Assembly: GCA_041649615.1 (NCBI GenBank)
Contig: JBAZMT010000003.1
Span: 1,297-65,296 of the forward strand
From: Parcubacteria group bacterium
Lineage (GTDB): Bacteria > Patescibacteriota > Minisyncoccia > UBA6257 > Colwellbacteraceae
DNA length: 64,000 nt
Direction: 5' to 3'
Every line of letters begins with the position of its first letter. Within the stretch, counting starts at the first letter, position 1. The notes below the pieces were generated by a model. That model was not told the DNA's origin, searched no databases, and was given only the letters and a program-made list of their open reading frames with translations. Below are positions 54,353-63,127 of the stretch, piece by piece. Both the position numbers and the translations under genes were made by a program.

Positions 54353-55881
54353 GCGGCAAGAAGCTTCCGGTGCTCGACGAGCGCCGATATCAACGAGTCG
54401 ACACTTGCGCCGAATGCCGGATGTGCGGTGGAACGACTTGCAACGACGCGAAGGCTTCAGGGCTTCGAAGCTATAGCGGCATCAGGTTCACGAGTGACGG
54501 GTTCGATTGTGCATTACCAGTAACGATCGATTCCCATTCGCATTGCTCGTTTGCTTGTCTCTATTGCTTCAGCGAACAACTGACGGGGCACGTCGAAACG
54601 AAGGTGAAGCCTATCGGGCAGACGTCACTCAGTACCATCGAATCCATCTTCAGCGGTGGAGGTGGCCAAGACGCGGAGAACATTCGCCTAGCGCTCAAGT
54701 ACGACCGCAAAGTGAATGGATTCCCGTGTCCAGTCCAGCTCGGTGGTATCAACGATCCTGGCGATAACATCGAGCGTCAGCAAGGGTGGTTCCTCAAGTT
54801 CGCCGAGCTCGTGATCAAGTACAATCAACCCGTCCGCATCAGCACGAAGGGGAACACGTTCCGTCAGCCTGAATACCTTCGAGTCTTTGCCAAGGCGCCT
54901 CATCTGTTCTGGGTTGCGTTCTCGACCATCACTTGCGATGACGAGCTGATCGAACGTATCGACATCGGTGCCCCCAATGCAACCGAGCGCTTGAGAACGA
55001 TGAAGGCACTCAGCGACGTTGGGGTGAAGACGTCGTTACGCTTCAGGCCGATGCTTCCTGGAGTGAGCGATAGGACACCGCGGTACCGTCAAGCGTACAA
55101 GACGCTCATCGAACGGGCCGCGGCCGCGGGATGCAAGGCCATCAGCTACGAGTGCGGCTTCTACCCGAACCGTGGAGGTACCGAGGTCACGAAGAAGTGG
55201 AACCAACTGTCGAAGGTGACCAACGTGCCGTTCAAGGCCTTGTTCGACAAGATCGGGTCGAACGAAGCATGTCGGCGGGCGAGCCCGGCATGGACCGAGA
55301 ACATCATGCACGCGGTCAAGGAAGAGGCCGTGCGGCATGGTCTCTGGGTCGGCGTTAGCGATCCCATCTGGAAGCAACTGAGCGACACCGGGTGTTGCTG
55401 CGGAATCCTTCCAGGGGACCCCGTGTTCGGCAACTGGGAGCGAGAGAACGCCACCGAGGCGCTCTTGCGCGCCAAGAACAACGGCGAGACCGTTTGGCCC
55501 GAGGACATCATCCCGCCTTGGGCCAATCGCGTGCTCGTGAGCAAGATGGCCGCGCTCGGCGCTGGACCGACGACGGTCTGGAAGAAGCGTCACATGCTTT
55601 GGGCTGAGAAGCTCCGAGGGGTGTGGAACGATCCCTACTCGCAACGAGGACCGCTTGTCTACTTCCAAGGAGCCTTGCAACCAACAGATCGACGAGCCAA
55701 TGGCGACATCGGATACAAGTACGTCGGTATCGAGCGAAGGAACTTGCCCGAAGTGCCCTTCTGGGACATCAGTCCGGGGAAGGCTGACATTGCCATTGAT
55801 CCTAACCATGCTCGTCATTGTAAGCTTGCAGACCAATGCGACGGAAACCGATGTCCCAAGGGGTGCATCGAGAAAAGGTAG
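54349..55881 (+). CDS. radical-SAM enzyme, SplB/COG1533 (DNA-repair photolyase)-like
   Basis: C-x3-C-x2-C motif in HSHCSFACLYCFSE, resembling the COG1533 GCxxxCxYCY block; 510 aa. Confidence 0.5.
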   Translation: MSGKKLPVLDERRYQRVDTCAECRMCGGTTCNDAKASGLRSYSGIRFTSDGFDCALPVTIDSHSHCSFACLYCFSEQLTGHVETKVKPIGQTSLSTIESIFSGGGGQDAENIRLALKYDRKVNGFPCPVQLGGINDPGDNIERQQGWFLKFAELVIKYNQPVRISTKGNTFRQPEYLRVFAKAPHLFWVAFSTITCDDELIERIDIGAPNATERLRTMKALSDVGVKTSLRFRPMLPGVSDRTPRYRQAYKTLIERAAAAGCKAISYECGFYPNRGGTEVTKKWNQLSKVTNVPFKALFDKIGSNEACRRASPAWTENIMHAVKEEAVRHGLWVGVSDPIWKQLSDTGCCCGILPGDPVFGNWERENATEALLRAKNNGETVWPEDIIPPWANRVLVSKMAALGAGPTTVWKKRHMLWAEKLRGVWNDPYSQRGPLVYFQGALQPTDRRANGDIGYKYVGIERRNLPEVPFWDISPGKADIAIDPNHARHCKLADQCDGNRCPKGCIEKR

Positions 55882-55887
55882 AAACCA

Positions 55888-56844
55888 ATGAGAACGATCT
55901 GGCTATTGACCGATACAACGAATGACCCATTGATGGGCGAAAGCCCGTTGAAGCTCGTTCGAGAGTTTCTTCGAGCTAACGGGCACATCACCCGTCTCGA
56001 GGGTGAGCTGACCAATGTTGCAGAGCGCGTCGTCAAGGGCGATGTAGTCTTTGGGGTTGGTTGGGATGAACGGTTGATCGATATCAAACCGCTCATCGAG
56101 AAGGCTGCAATCGAGCGCGAGGCAAAGAAGCGCAAGATCAGCGTCGAAGAAGCCTCGAAGCTCAAAGACATCGAAGTGCCTGAGGTGAAGCTCGTCGCCC
56201 TGCTACCGTGGGGCCCTGCTCAAGCCGAAGGTGTAGCAACCGAGCGTCGGGAGTTCGAAGAGCGCTTGCTTCGCGCGCTGGATGCCGCGCTCGTTCGAAG
56301 TGCAACGGAGAAGACCGGGCTTCTGTGGCAACATCAGATCTTCCACGGCGATGACTTGCACGTCGTTGGAGGGTTCGAGACCATCTTCAACGTGCTCAAC
56401 GTATGCCCGAAGGTCAGTTGGGAAGCGCGAGAGAACCGCATCGTGTTCCCGTATCCTGAGCTGAAGAGCATGGGCTACGACGAGCTCGTCGAATTGGTTG
56501 CCGAGTACTCGGCAAGGTATCCAGCGGATAACCTGAAGCTCATTCCATTGTTCGGGCGCCTATCGTCGAGGGAGCTCTACCTTGCTGAGGTGGCCAAGGC
56601 CAAGGTCATCTTCAGCGGGCGTTCCGTTGGGTGGCCCACCGAGCTCATCGACGCGTCGTTCTTGGGTGTTTACCCGATGACGACCAACGAAGGCATCTTC
56701 AAGGAGATGATCCCCGAAGGCTATCGCTACACGAACCGAGGCAACCGTGTCGATCGCTTGCATGACTTGCTCCATCAGGAAGACGGTTGCCCGATGCTGA
56801 ACTTCGCTTCGGTGTCGTTGCTCGAATTGCTGAAGGCGTTGTGA
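55888..56844 (+). CDS. hypothetical protein (weak TGT/DpdA-like resemblance; speculative)
   Basis: 318 aa; N-terminal LLTDTTND resembles the TGT LTDSGG catalytic block and ELIDASFLG resembles the GVDxFDC block. The match is very weak. Confidence 0.45.
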   Translation: MRTIWLLTDTTNDPLMGESPLKLVREFLRANGHITRLEGELTNVAERVVKGDVVFGVGWDERLIDIKPLIEKAAIEREAKKRKISVEEASKLKDIEVPEVKLVALLPWGPAQAEGVATERREFEERLLRALDAALVRSATEKTGLLWQHQIFHGDDLHVVGGFETIFNVLNVCPKVSWEARENRIVFPYPELKSMGYDELVELVAEYSARYPADNLKLIPLFGRLSSRELYLAEVAKAKVIFSGRSVGWPTELIDASFLGVYPMTTNEGIFKEMIPEGYRYTNRGNRVDRLHDLLHQEDGCPMLNFASVSLLELLKAL

Positions 56845-56845
56845 G

Positions 56846-57403
56846 ATGGTGCAAGGTCACCTGAAGGGGCCGAAGGGTGAGAACGAAGTGGTCCGTCTGC
56901 TCTCATCATGGTGGGGGCAGATGGAACCCGACGTGAAGTTCAAGCGCACGCCGAAGAGCGGTGGATGGGGCAACGCCGACGTCCGCGGTGACATGAAGGT
57001 AGCCGGTGACATCTGCACAACGAGCCATTCTTGGCCGTTCACCGTTGAAGTAAAGCGTCGGGAATCTTGGACCTTCGGAGCCTTCGCCGAGGGGCGCCTT
57101 TCTCCAGTGTGGAAGTGGTGGCGACAGTGCATTGACGCGGCCGCTGAAGAAGACCGCATCCCCTTGCTCTGGGCCCGCAAGAATCGACGGCCTTGGATAG
57201 TGCTTGCCCCCGAGCGCTTGCTTGTACCGTTGCTCGTTGCCCGCGGGATGGACCCCGACGTCGTTTTCGTTAGGCTGTCCGCCAGAGTAGACGACGGCGA
57301 CATCAGGCCAGCGTGCGTGATGGGTGACAAGTTCCTGAGCTTGCCGCCCCAAGCATGGGTCCCCAAGCGCCGGAGCACGGGCCGATTGATCCTTGCGACG
57401 TAA
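56846..57403 (+). CDS. Hjc/PD-(D/E)xK-like Holliday-junction resolvase candidate
   Basis: GENEVVRLL...RTPKSGGWGNADVRGD...ICTTSHSWPFTVEVKRRE parallels the archaeal Hjc pattern G.xxE..L...G....R...SG...D......IEVK. Confidence 0.4.
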   Translation: MVQGHLKGPKGENEVVRLLSSWWGQMEPDVKFKRTPKSGGWGNADVRGDMKVAGDICTTSHSWPFTVEVKRRESWTFGAFAEGRLSPVWKWWRQCIDAAAEEDRIPLLWARKNRRPWIVLAPERLLVPLLVARGMDPDVVFVRLSARVDDGDIRPACVMGDKFLSLPPQAWVPKRRSTGRLILAT

Positions 57404-57454
57404 AGACCGCTCTGGCACGTTGCAGATCGAGACCCCCAACCTGCCCCCCTTGCG

Positions 57455-57512
57455 ATTGGTCGCCCCAAAAAAGCGACCAGAGGGCAGGGAGGGGGTTTCG
57501 CTTTTTTGGGGG
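57455..57512. terminator. large A6/T6-containing inverted repeat CCCCAAAAAAGCG ... CGCTTTTTTGGGG (13-bp arms, ~23-nt spacer); bidirectional terminator-like or protein-binding site
   Basis: Arms at 57463-57475 and 57499-57511. An alternative small hairpin GGTCGC/GCGACC sits at 57458-57478. Lies directly upstream of promoter-like motif copy 3. Confidence 0.4.
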
Positions 57513-57525
57513 AGATATCCACACT
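57506..57525 (+). promoter_or_regulatory. TTGGGGGAGATATCCACACT conserved promoter-like element, copy 3
   Basis: Immediately downstream of the large hairpin at 57463-57511; 40 nt upstream of the ATG at 57566. Confidence 0.5.
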
Positions 57526-57565
57526 AGGTTTGGAGCCAAGCAAAGGGCCAACCCAAGGAAACGCC

Positions 57566-58210
57566 ATGCCGACGAACGACGAAAAGCGCGAAGCAATAAT
57601 GATCGAGCTGAACAAGCGAGCCATCGCCGAAGGGACGACGGAACGCTACTTCGCGATCTTGACTCCTGCGATTGCGACAGCCTACCTCTACGCGAAGGGC
57701 GATGCCGTGAAGCTGATGGGCCTTGCTCAGGCATTGCTCAGGCATGCGACGACAGTCTTCTACGCGTCGGCAACGACGCCAGCAGACTTGCAGGTTCGCG
57801 TCGCTGAAGACGTCGCCAAGATGGCCGGCGTCGTGTGGGACGAGACGTGTCGACACACTGAGCAACTCGTTGCCGCTCTCTTGCAAAAGGGCGCAGACGT
57901 ACCGCAAGAGATGATCAATCGTGTCAACGCGATGCCGAGCGACCCGAGCAAGCGCCCAGACGTTGCCCCTGTCGACTCCTCCGCTGGAGCAGCGGGGCGA
58001 CCGCGTTCGGTTGCCGACTTGCTGTCGAAGCTCAACGAACCTGAGCCGGAGCCTGAACCGCAAGTTCAGACCACGGAAGAACCGAAGCCTGAAGAGCCGA
58101 AGGAAGCATCGGCGCCGAAGGTTAGAATCAAGCCTCCAGAATACGTTGCGTGGTCTGGTGGTTCCACGATGCAAGAGTTGTCGAAGGTCGGTAACGGCAA
58201 GGGGAACTGA
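57566..58210 (+). CDS. hypothetical protein
   Basis: ATG downstream of the TTGGGGGAGATATCCACACT motif; 214 aa. Confidence 0.5.
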   Translation: MPTNDEKREAIMIELNKRAIAEGTTERYFAILTPAIATAYLYAKGDAVKLMGLAQALLRHATTVFYASATTPADLQVRVAEDVAKMAGVVWDETCRHTEQLVAALLQKGADVPQEMINRVNAMPSDPSKRPDVAPVDSSAGAAGRPRSVADLLSKLNEPEPEPEPQVQTTEEPKPEEPKEASAPKVRIKPPEYVAWSGGSTMQELSKVGNGKGN

Positions 58211-58211
58211 G

Positions 58212-58667
58212 ATGATCTCCTATGACGAAACCACCGGGCTCGTGACGCTCGAGTGCGATTCGCCAGGCTGCAAGAAGTCGCACTCGTTGGTTTCAACCGT
58301 TGGCGATCAAGGACGCATGGCGATGAACTCGCTCTTCGCGACCATGATGCAGGATGGTTGGTACACTGAGATCAACGGAAAGGAAGACCGCATCAAGCAC
58401 TTCTGTCCGGGGTGTGGTGCGGGAATGGAAGGGGTTCAGCAATTGGTCCCGAGAAAGATTCCGCCGGGAAGTGCCGGCGTGTCGGGTATCGTCTCAGCCC
58501 AAGAATTGAGGCAAGCTAGAAGCGTTGACGAGGCGATGAAGATTCGGAGCGCCCGAAGGCGTGATGAAGAACGTGGGACGCCAGGACTCAGCGACATGGA
58601 TGACGGGAGCAAGGAACGCCTTCGGTCCATGATGGCAAAGGGAAGGAAGATCTTCGACGATGGTTGA
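58212..58667 (+). CDS. small Zn-ribbon protein
   Basis: CDSPGC...CPGCG; TGA/ATG junction with the upstream gene. Confidence 0.45.
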   Translation: MISYDETTGLVTLECDSPGCKKSHSLVSTVGDQGRMAMNSLFATMMQDGWYTEINGKEDRIKHFCPGCGAGMEGVQQLVPRKIPPGSAGVSGIVSAQELRQARSVDEAMKIRSARRRDEERGTPGLSDMDDGSKERLRSMMAKGRKIFDDG

Positions 58668-59415
58668 CTTCAAGAAAGCTTTAGATCAATTCAGATCGAA
58701 GAAGCAAACACAATTGAGTGAACCGCTGAAGAACGCGCAGACGGCGATCATTCAGCAACCTGTAAGTACGGAGCTCTACGAGATGGAAGTGCTTCGGCGG
58801 TCGTTGCCGTTCGTTGTCAAGATCGACATCGAGACAGACGAGACGACGACCAAGGCTGCATCGGTCATCGTCCACTACAAGAACGGGCTCATCGCGAAGA
58901 TCGAGTGCTACCGCAAGCCTGAGAAGACCGAAGAGCTCATCAACGTCGCGCTCGCTGGAACCCATCAATGTCTTTCGGACTTGGCGTACGGAGCGCTCTT
59001 TTCGTTCGCAGGCAAAGACCGCCGGGTATGGCGTGAGGCCGTGCAAACTATTGATGACATGGTGCCGATCATCATCTCTACGGAGCTGAGCAGCGACGCG
59101 CCGAAGTTCACCAATGCTGTTCCTGATGGAGCTCCAGGCTTGCGTGACATCTTGCTATCGCTTCCGGGTGTTGCTTGCATGCCGGGTGAGAACTCGACGA
59201 GCAACTCTCAAGTGAAGGGGCGGCAAGGAATCAAGATCTCTTCGATGGACGACCCTCGAGTTGCCATGATGGAGCGGGGTCGCATCAGGCATGACCGTGT
59301 AGAGAAGCCGAAGTTGGACAAGACGACAGCTACTCGGGCAACGACTGCGATGGCTGAGTTGCTCAGATCGGTAGGGATAGATGGAAGCGAAGAAAAGACT
59401 GACGAAAAGCGCTGA
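58660..59415 (+). CDS. hypothetical protein
   Basis: 251-aa ORF. Confidence 0.5.
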   Translation: MVDFKKALDQFRSKKQTQLSEPLKNAQTAIIQQPVSTELYEMEVLRRSLPFVVKIDIETDETTTKAASVIVHYKNGLIAKIECYRKPEKTEELINVALAGTHQCLSDLAYGALFSFAGKDRRVWREAVQTIDDMVPIIISTELSSDAPKFTNAVPDGAPGLRDILLSLPGVACMPGENSTSNSQVKGRQGIKISSMDDPRVAMMERGRIRHDRVEKPKLDKTTATRATTAMAELLRSVGIDGSEEKTDEKR

Positions 59416-59896
59416 AGCAAAAGACACCGTGCTCGAGAACGCCAAGGCGTTGAACGACTTGAAGTCAACGCTCTTCACGATGCAAGACTTAGCCGAACGC
59501 TACGTCAAAGCGATACGGCGCGTGAAGGTGATGGAGACCGTCAAGGGCATACGACAAGCCCTCAAGGACATGGCCGCCATCAGCAAGGAGTTCGCCGAGC
59601 TATCCGACAAGGCTTACGAGATGTCGGGCTTGAAGTGCGCCTATTGCGGGGGGCCAGCGCAAGGCAACTATTCGCTCCATCGCGATGGGTTCTGCGTTGG
59701 GCCAGAGGTCGATCTCTGTGACAATTGCGGTTCAGGTGTGACGCCATCGTGCGAGCAGATCTGGGACCAGATTGCGGTCCGTAAAGACCGCCCGCACAAG
59801 ACGAAGAAAGCTCTCAAGGCAGACGCCCGTCTCGAGAAGCGCTTCACCGATGCCAACTCCAAGATCAACCATCTGTTGCAGGGACTTGGACAGTGA
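59381..59896 (+). CDS. hypothetical Cys-cluster protein
   Basis: CAYCGG...CDNCGSG...C motif; 171 aa. Confidence 0.45.
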   Translation: MEAKKRLTKSAEAKDTVLENAKALNDLKSTLFTMQDLAERYVKAIRRVKVMETVKGIRQALKDMAAISKEFAELSDKAYEMSGLKCAYCGGPAQGNYSLHRDGFCVGPEVDLCDNCGSGVTPSCEQIWDQIAVRKDRPHKTKKALKADARLEKRFTDANSKINHLLQGLGQ

Positions 59897-60464
59897 GCTT
59901 CGGCAGCCGCTTCAGCTCCTCTGCGACGAGCTCTTGCACTTCAGCCGGGCTCATGGTGCCGAGCACTTGGAGCGTCGCTTGCTGCAACCGGGCATCTACC
60001 GTGATGTGCGTCTCAGACACGCTCTCGGTGCCTTGGATCTTGCTCAGTTGGCTTTCGAGGTTAGCGACGGCGCCCCATTGGTTCGCACTGCTCGCCTTCA
60101 CGATGTGCTTGTGGATGCGCCGTATTGCCGCGGGCTTGAACAGAGCGGCGTTCTCATCGTGCTCAGCAAGCAATGCCGCTCGAACCTTCTCCTTCATCTT
60201 CTCGATCTCGTCGTCGGTGATGCCGGGGAAGTTGTTCTGCATCAACTCGATGAGCTCGTCGTTGCTCACGCCGTTGCAGATGAGGTCGGTCATCGCCATG
60301 CGGCGAGCCTTGGCTTCCTTCGCCGTCACGGTTCTTGAACCGGTGAGGCCACCGATGCCAGCGAACCGCGCTGGACTGTTCTGATTGTCGAAATCTACGT
60401 TGCTGTCCATGCCGGTAGGATAACCCCATGAATCAGTCAAGACAATGTGCCCACACCTCCGCAC
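59865..60464 (-). CDS. hypothetical protein, the only convincing minus-strand gene in the window
   Basis: Balanced, protein-like composition (EIEKMKEKVRAALLAEHDENAALFKPAAIRRIHKHI), whereas both overlapping + strand ORFs are Arg-rich junk. Start may be the internal ATG at 60410. Confidence 0.5.
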   Translation of the reverse strand: MRRCGHIVLTDSWGYPTGMDSNVDFDNQNSPARFAGIGGLTGSRTVTAKEAKARRMAMTDLICNGVSNDELIELMQNNFPGITDDEIEKMKEKVRAALLAEHDENAALFKPAAIRRIHKHIVKASSANQWGAVANLESQLSKIQGTESVSETHITVDARLQQATLQVLGTMSPAEVQELVAEELKRLPKLTVQVPATDG

Positions 60465-60862
60465 AGACCCCGAAGGAGCACGACGTGACGTGCCCCGAAT
60501 GCGGAGCGAAGATGATCCTTAGGAACAGCCGTTACGGCTGGTTCTACGGTTGCTCGGCGTTCCCGAAGTGCCGAGCCGCTCATGGAGCCCACCCCAACGG
60601 CGAGCCCTTGGGCATACCAGCCGACTCCAAGACGAAGAGATGGAGGATGAAGGCTCACGTCGAATTCGACAAGCTTTGGAAGGGCCCCGACGCCCAGATG
60701 TCCAGGTCGGAAGCCTACCGATGGATGATCGACACCTTGGCCCTTCCAAAGGATGACGCTCACATCGCCAAGTTCAGCACCGAGCAATGTCAGACGCTCA
60801 TTGCCGCGCTGGCGATGCGTGACCAACTAGATGCGATCAACGGAAAGGGAACAGCAAGATGA
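60428..60862 (+). CDS. Zn-ribbon protein
   Basis: CPECGAKM...CSAFPKC topoisomerase-type zinc ribbon; 144 aa. Confidence 0.45.
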   Translation: MNQSRQCAHTSAQTPKEHDVTCPECGAKMILRNSRYGWFYGCSAFPKCRAAHGAHPNGEPLGIPADSKTKRWRMKAHVEFDKLWKGPDAQMSRSEAYRWMIDTLALPKDDAHIAKFSTEQCQTLIAALAMRDQLDAINGKGTAR

Positions 60863-61083
60863 AGCACGTGGTCGTGATGTTGCCGTCGGGAGATTGGACG
60901 GTGCTCCCACATCGAGGCAAGCTCGAGATCGCAGTCGTCGATGATGCCGCGGTCGAAGACTTGCGTAAAGGAGCAGACATCAGGGACATCAAGGCCGAAG
61001 CTAAGTTCGGTCTCTACTTCTCGAGCGCCGATGCAAACCTGGCAACTCAACTGATCGAGGAATACGATGATCAAGTTGGTTGA
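60859..61083 (+). CDS. hypothetical protein
   Basis: 74-aa ORF with ATGA coupling. Confidence 0.4.
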   Translation: MKHVVVMLPSGDWTVLPHRGKLEIAVVDDAAVEDLRKGADIRDIKAEAKFGLYFSSADANLATQLIEEYDDQVG

Positions 61084-61217
61084 AGTGTTGGCTCTCTTCT
61101 TTTGGCGGGTTCGAATCTGGTGGTTGATTCGCAAGCTGAAGAGGAAGTTCGCAGAGTCAGGGTATCAGCTCAACGTCATTGAGCTTGAAGTATTGATCAA
61201 GGAGAGGTCCAAGTGAC

Positions 61218-61526
61218 GTGTCGCGCTATCGTGGCAATCACGATGAGTGCCCGTCTTGCGGTCTTACTTATGGCGACTTTCGTACGGGGATGTCTTACCG
61301 AGAAGTCTTCGGTCTTCTTATGGACAATTCCGACGATCCAGCGGACTGGCACAACAAGACGCGTCACACCGTGCTCGGCAAGTGGCATGAACTCAAGAAG
61401 CTTTGGTGGGCCCATCACATCGAAGAGTGCGCGATGCAGAAGGAGTTTGAGGTTGAATCGGGGAAAGGTGATGCGTGGGAGCATCCAAACGTTGATGGTG
61501 AATCTGTGGAAGGAGAGCCGTTCTGA
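61218..61526 (+). CDS. small Zn-binding protein
   Basis: ECPSCG...HH.EEC. Preferred over the overlapping alternative-frame ORF 61213-61533 on composition. Confidence 0.4.
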   Translation: MSRYRGNHDECPSCGLTYGDFRTGMSYREVFGLLMDNSDDPADWHNKTRHTVLGKWHELKKLWWAHHIEECAMQKEFEVESGKGDAWEHPNVDGESVEGEPF

Positions 61527-62005
61527 TGGCTAGGGTACTGAAGAAGCCAGGTTCTGTTGAGATACCACCATCGCCGTTGACACCTGAAACGACTGGAGAA
61601 GTTCGTCAGGTGTTGGGCATGATGCGACGAAGGGTGCTGAAGGAGAAGGAACACCCGGCGATCGCTCAGTTCTCAGATCCTGAAGCCAAGGCACGGGTCA
61701 AGGAAGCGTTGGCGGTGAATCCAAACCTTCAGCCGACGGCGTTCAGCCATCGACCAGGACGAGAAGGCTGCTTCCTGACTGCCATAGAGTCTTGTCGGGT
61801 ATTGAGCGGGAAGAGCATTCATATCGCGGGGTTCGGGTTCGCAGTCGATGACCGCGCTGGAGACGCGATGTGCTTGAAATGCTACTTGGAACAAGGGCAG
61901 CCGTCACAAGTGCCCGGAAGAGGATTCACGATTGCACTCTTCGAGTCGAAGACTGTTGATCGCGTGTGTGTTTACTGCGGAACAGAGTTCAAGGGAGAAC
62001 GGTAA
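61526..62005 (+). CDS. hypothetical protein
   Basis: 159-aa ORF with a C-terminal CxxC...CxxC cluster. Confidence 0.5.
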   Translation: MARVLKKPGSVEIPPSPLTPETTGEVRQVLGMMRRRVLKEKEHPAIAQFSDPEAKARVKEALAVNPNLQPTAFSHRPGREGCFLTAIESCRVLSGKSIHIAGFGFAVDDRAGDAMCLKCYLEQGQPSQVPGRGFTIALFESKTVDRVCVYCGTEFKGER

Positions 62006-62304
62006 TGGAAGACAAGGAATCGAAGCTCGACAAGATAGCGAATGCACCGGTTGAGACACCGAAGAGACCTCCTTCGTATGAGCCTTCGGTTTTCACTGCC
62101 GTCTTCTTCTCGTTCACTGGTGAGCAAGACAGAAACGTGCGGACGAATTGGCCTGGTGAGTTGCCTCGTGTTGGTGAGACGGTGCAACTCAAGGGTCGCG
62201 ACACCATCTGGAAGATCAGTGGGTTGCAGTGGATATTCGACATCGACCCAAGCGAGCAGCGGTTCCAGCGAGCAGCCGTCATATCACTCGAGAAGTTGTC
62301 ATGA
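62005..62304 (+). CDS. hypothetical protein
   Basis: TAATG overlap with the upstream gene. Confidence 0.45.
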   Translation: MEDKESKLDKIANAPVETPKRPPSYEPSVFTAVFFSFTGEQDRNVRTNWPGELPRVGETVQLKGRDTIWKISGLQWIFDIDPSEQRFQRAAVISLEKLS

Positions 62305-62561
62305 GCAAGGAACCACCCAAGGTCTGTGGTGACACTCCTTCAGTGGACGTCACTTGGAAAGTGTTGCTCAACGTTCGACGAGAACCACCGTTGCTTTCGG
62401 TGTCGTACGAAGTCGCAAGGACGGCCTTCAGTGCCTTCCAGAAAGCGAGCCCGAAGTTGGGCAACCCTTCGTTCTCCGGTGTTGTCTGCACGATTGTTGA
62501 GGAACGGCAAGTCTCCGCGCTGGAACCCAAACGAAAGTTGAAGAGGAAGAGAAAGCTATGA
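62301..62561 (+). CDS. hypothetical protein
   Basis: ATGA overlap with the upstream gene; 86 aa. Confidence 0.4.
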   Translation: MSKEPPKVCGDTPSVDVTWKVLLNVRREPPLLSVSYEVARTAFSAFQKASPKLGNPSFSGVVCTIVEERQVSALEPKRKLKRKRKL

Positions 62562-63127
62562 CGATGTTCACAGTGATCTTGGGCATGCTGAACGCACTAC
62601 GACCTTTCTACATGGACGTCGAAAGTGCAGATGCACGAAACGAACGGATGACGGTCATCGCTTTGAGCATTGCTCAGGCAACCGAAGAGGCGACTTGCAC
62701 AGGAGCGTTCGCAAAGGATGGTTGCGTGCCCAAGTTCAAGGGTGAGCCAGAAGAGCTCGCGATGGGGTTGTTCACGATAGGCAAGTTCGAGACTCGATAT
62801 GCCAAGCATGTCCATGAGGACAAGTGTCGTCCATGGGAGTGCGACACCGGGTTGGCCAAGAGTCTGTTCCAGGTTCACGTGTCCAAGACGACGCCTCGAG
62901 AGGTTTGGGTGCGGCTTGGGGGTACTTCTCAAGAGAGTACTTTGCTGTCGGCTAGGGCGGCCGCTGCGTCGTTTTCTTGGGCCTGGCAATGCGGTTCTCT
63001 CGACCGTGCCTTCGCTGGTTACATGACGAGTTATTGCCAAACAATCAAGGCGGGGAAAGAACGGGCGAACGACTACTTGGCGAACCTTAGGAGGTATCGC
63101 CGGTTGATGAAGGGACAGCAAGGATGA
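62558..63127 (+). CDS. hypothetical Cys-rich protein
   Basis: 189-aa ORF. Confidence 0.5.
   Translation: MTMFTVILGMLNALRPFYMDVESADARNERMTVIALSIAQATEEATCTGAFAKDGCVPKFKGEPEELAMGLFTIGKFETRYAKHVHEDKCRPWECDTGLAKSLFQVHVSKTTPREVWVRLGGTSQESTLLSARAAAASFSWAWQCGSLDRAFAGYMTSYCQTIKAGKERANDYLANLRRYRRLMKGQQG

Noticed and set aside
61213-61533. Alternative-frame + ORF (MTCRAIVAITMSARLAV...) overlapping 61218-61526
   Set aside because: Ala/Arg/Leu-rich composition and a poor match to neighbouring gene style. The other frame encodes a plausible Zn-binding protein. My manual base count near 61212-61220 disagreed with the ORF-track coordinates by 1 nt; the track coordinates were retained.
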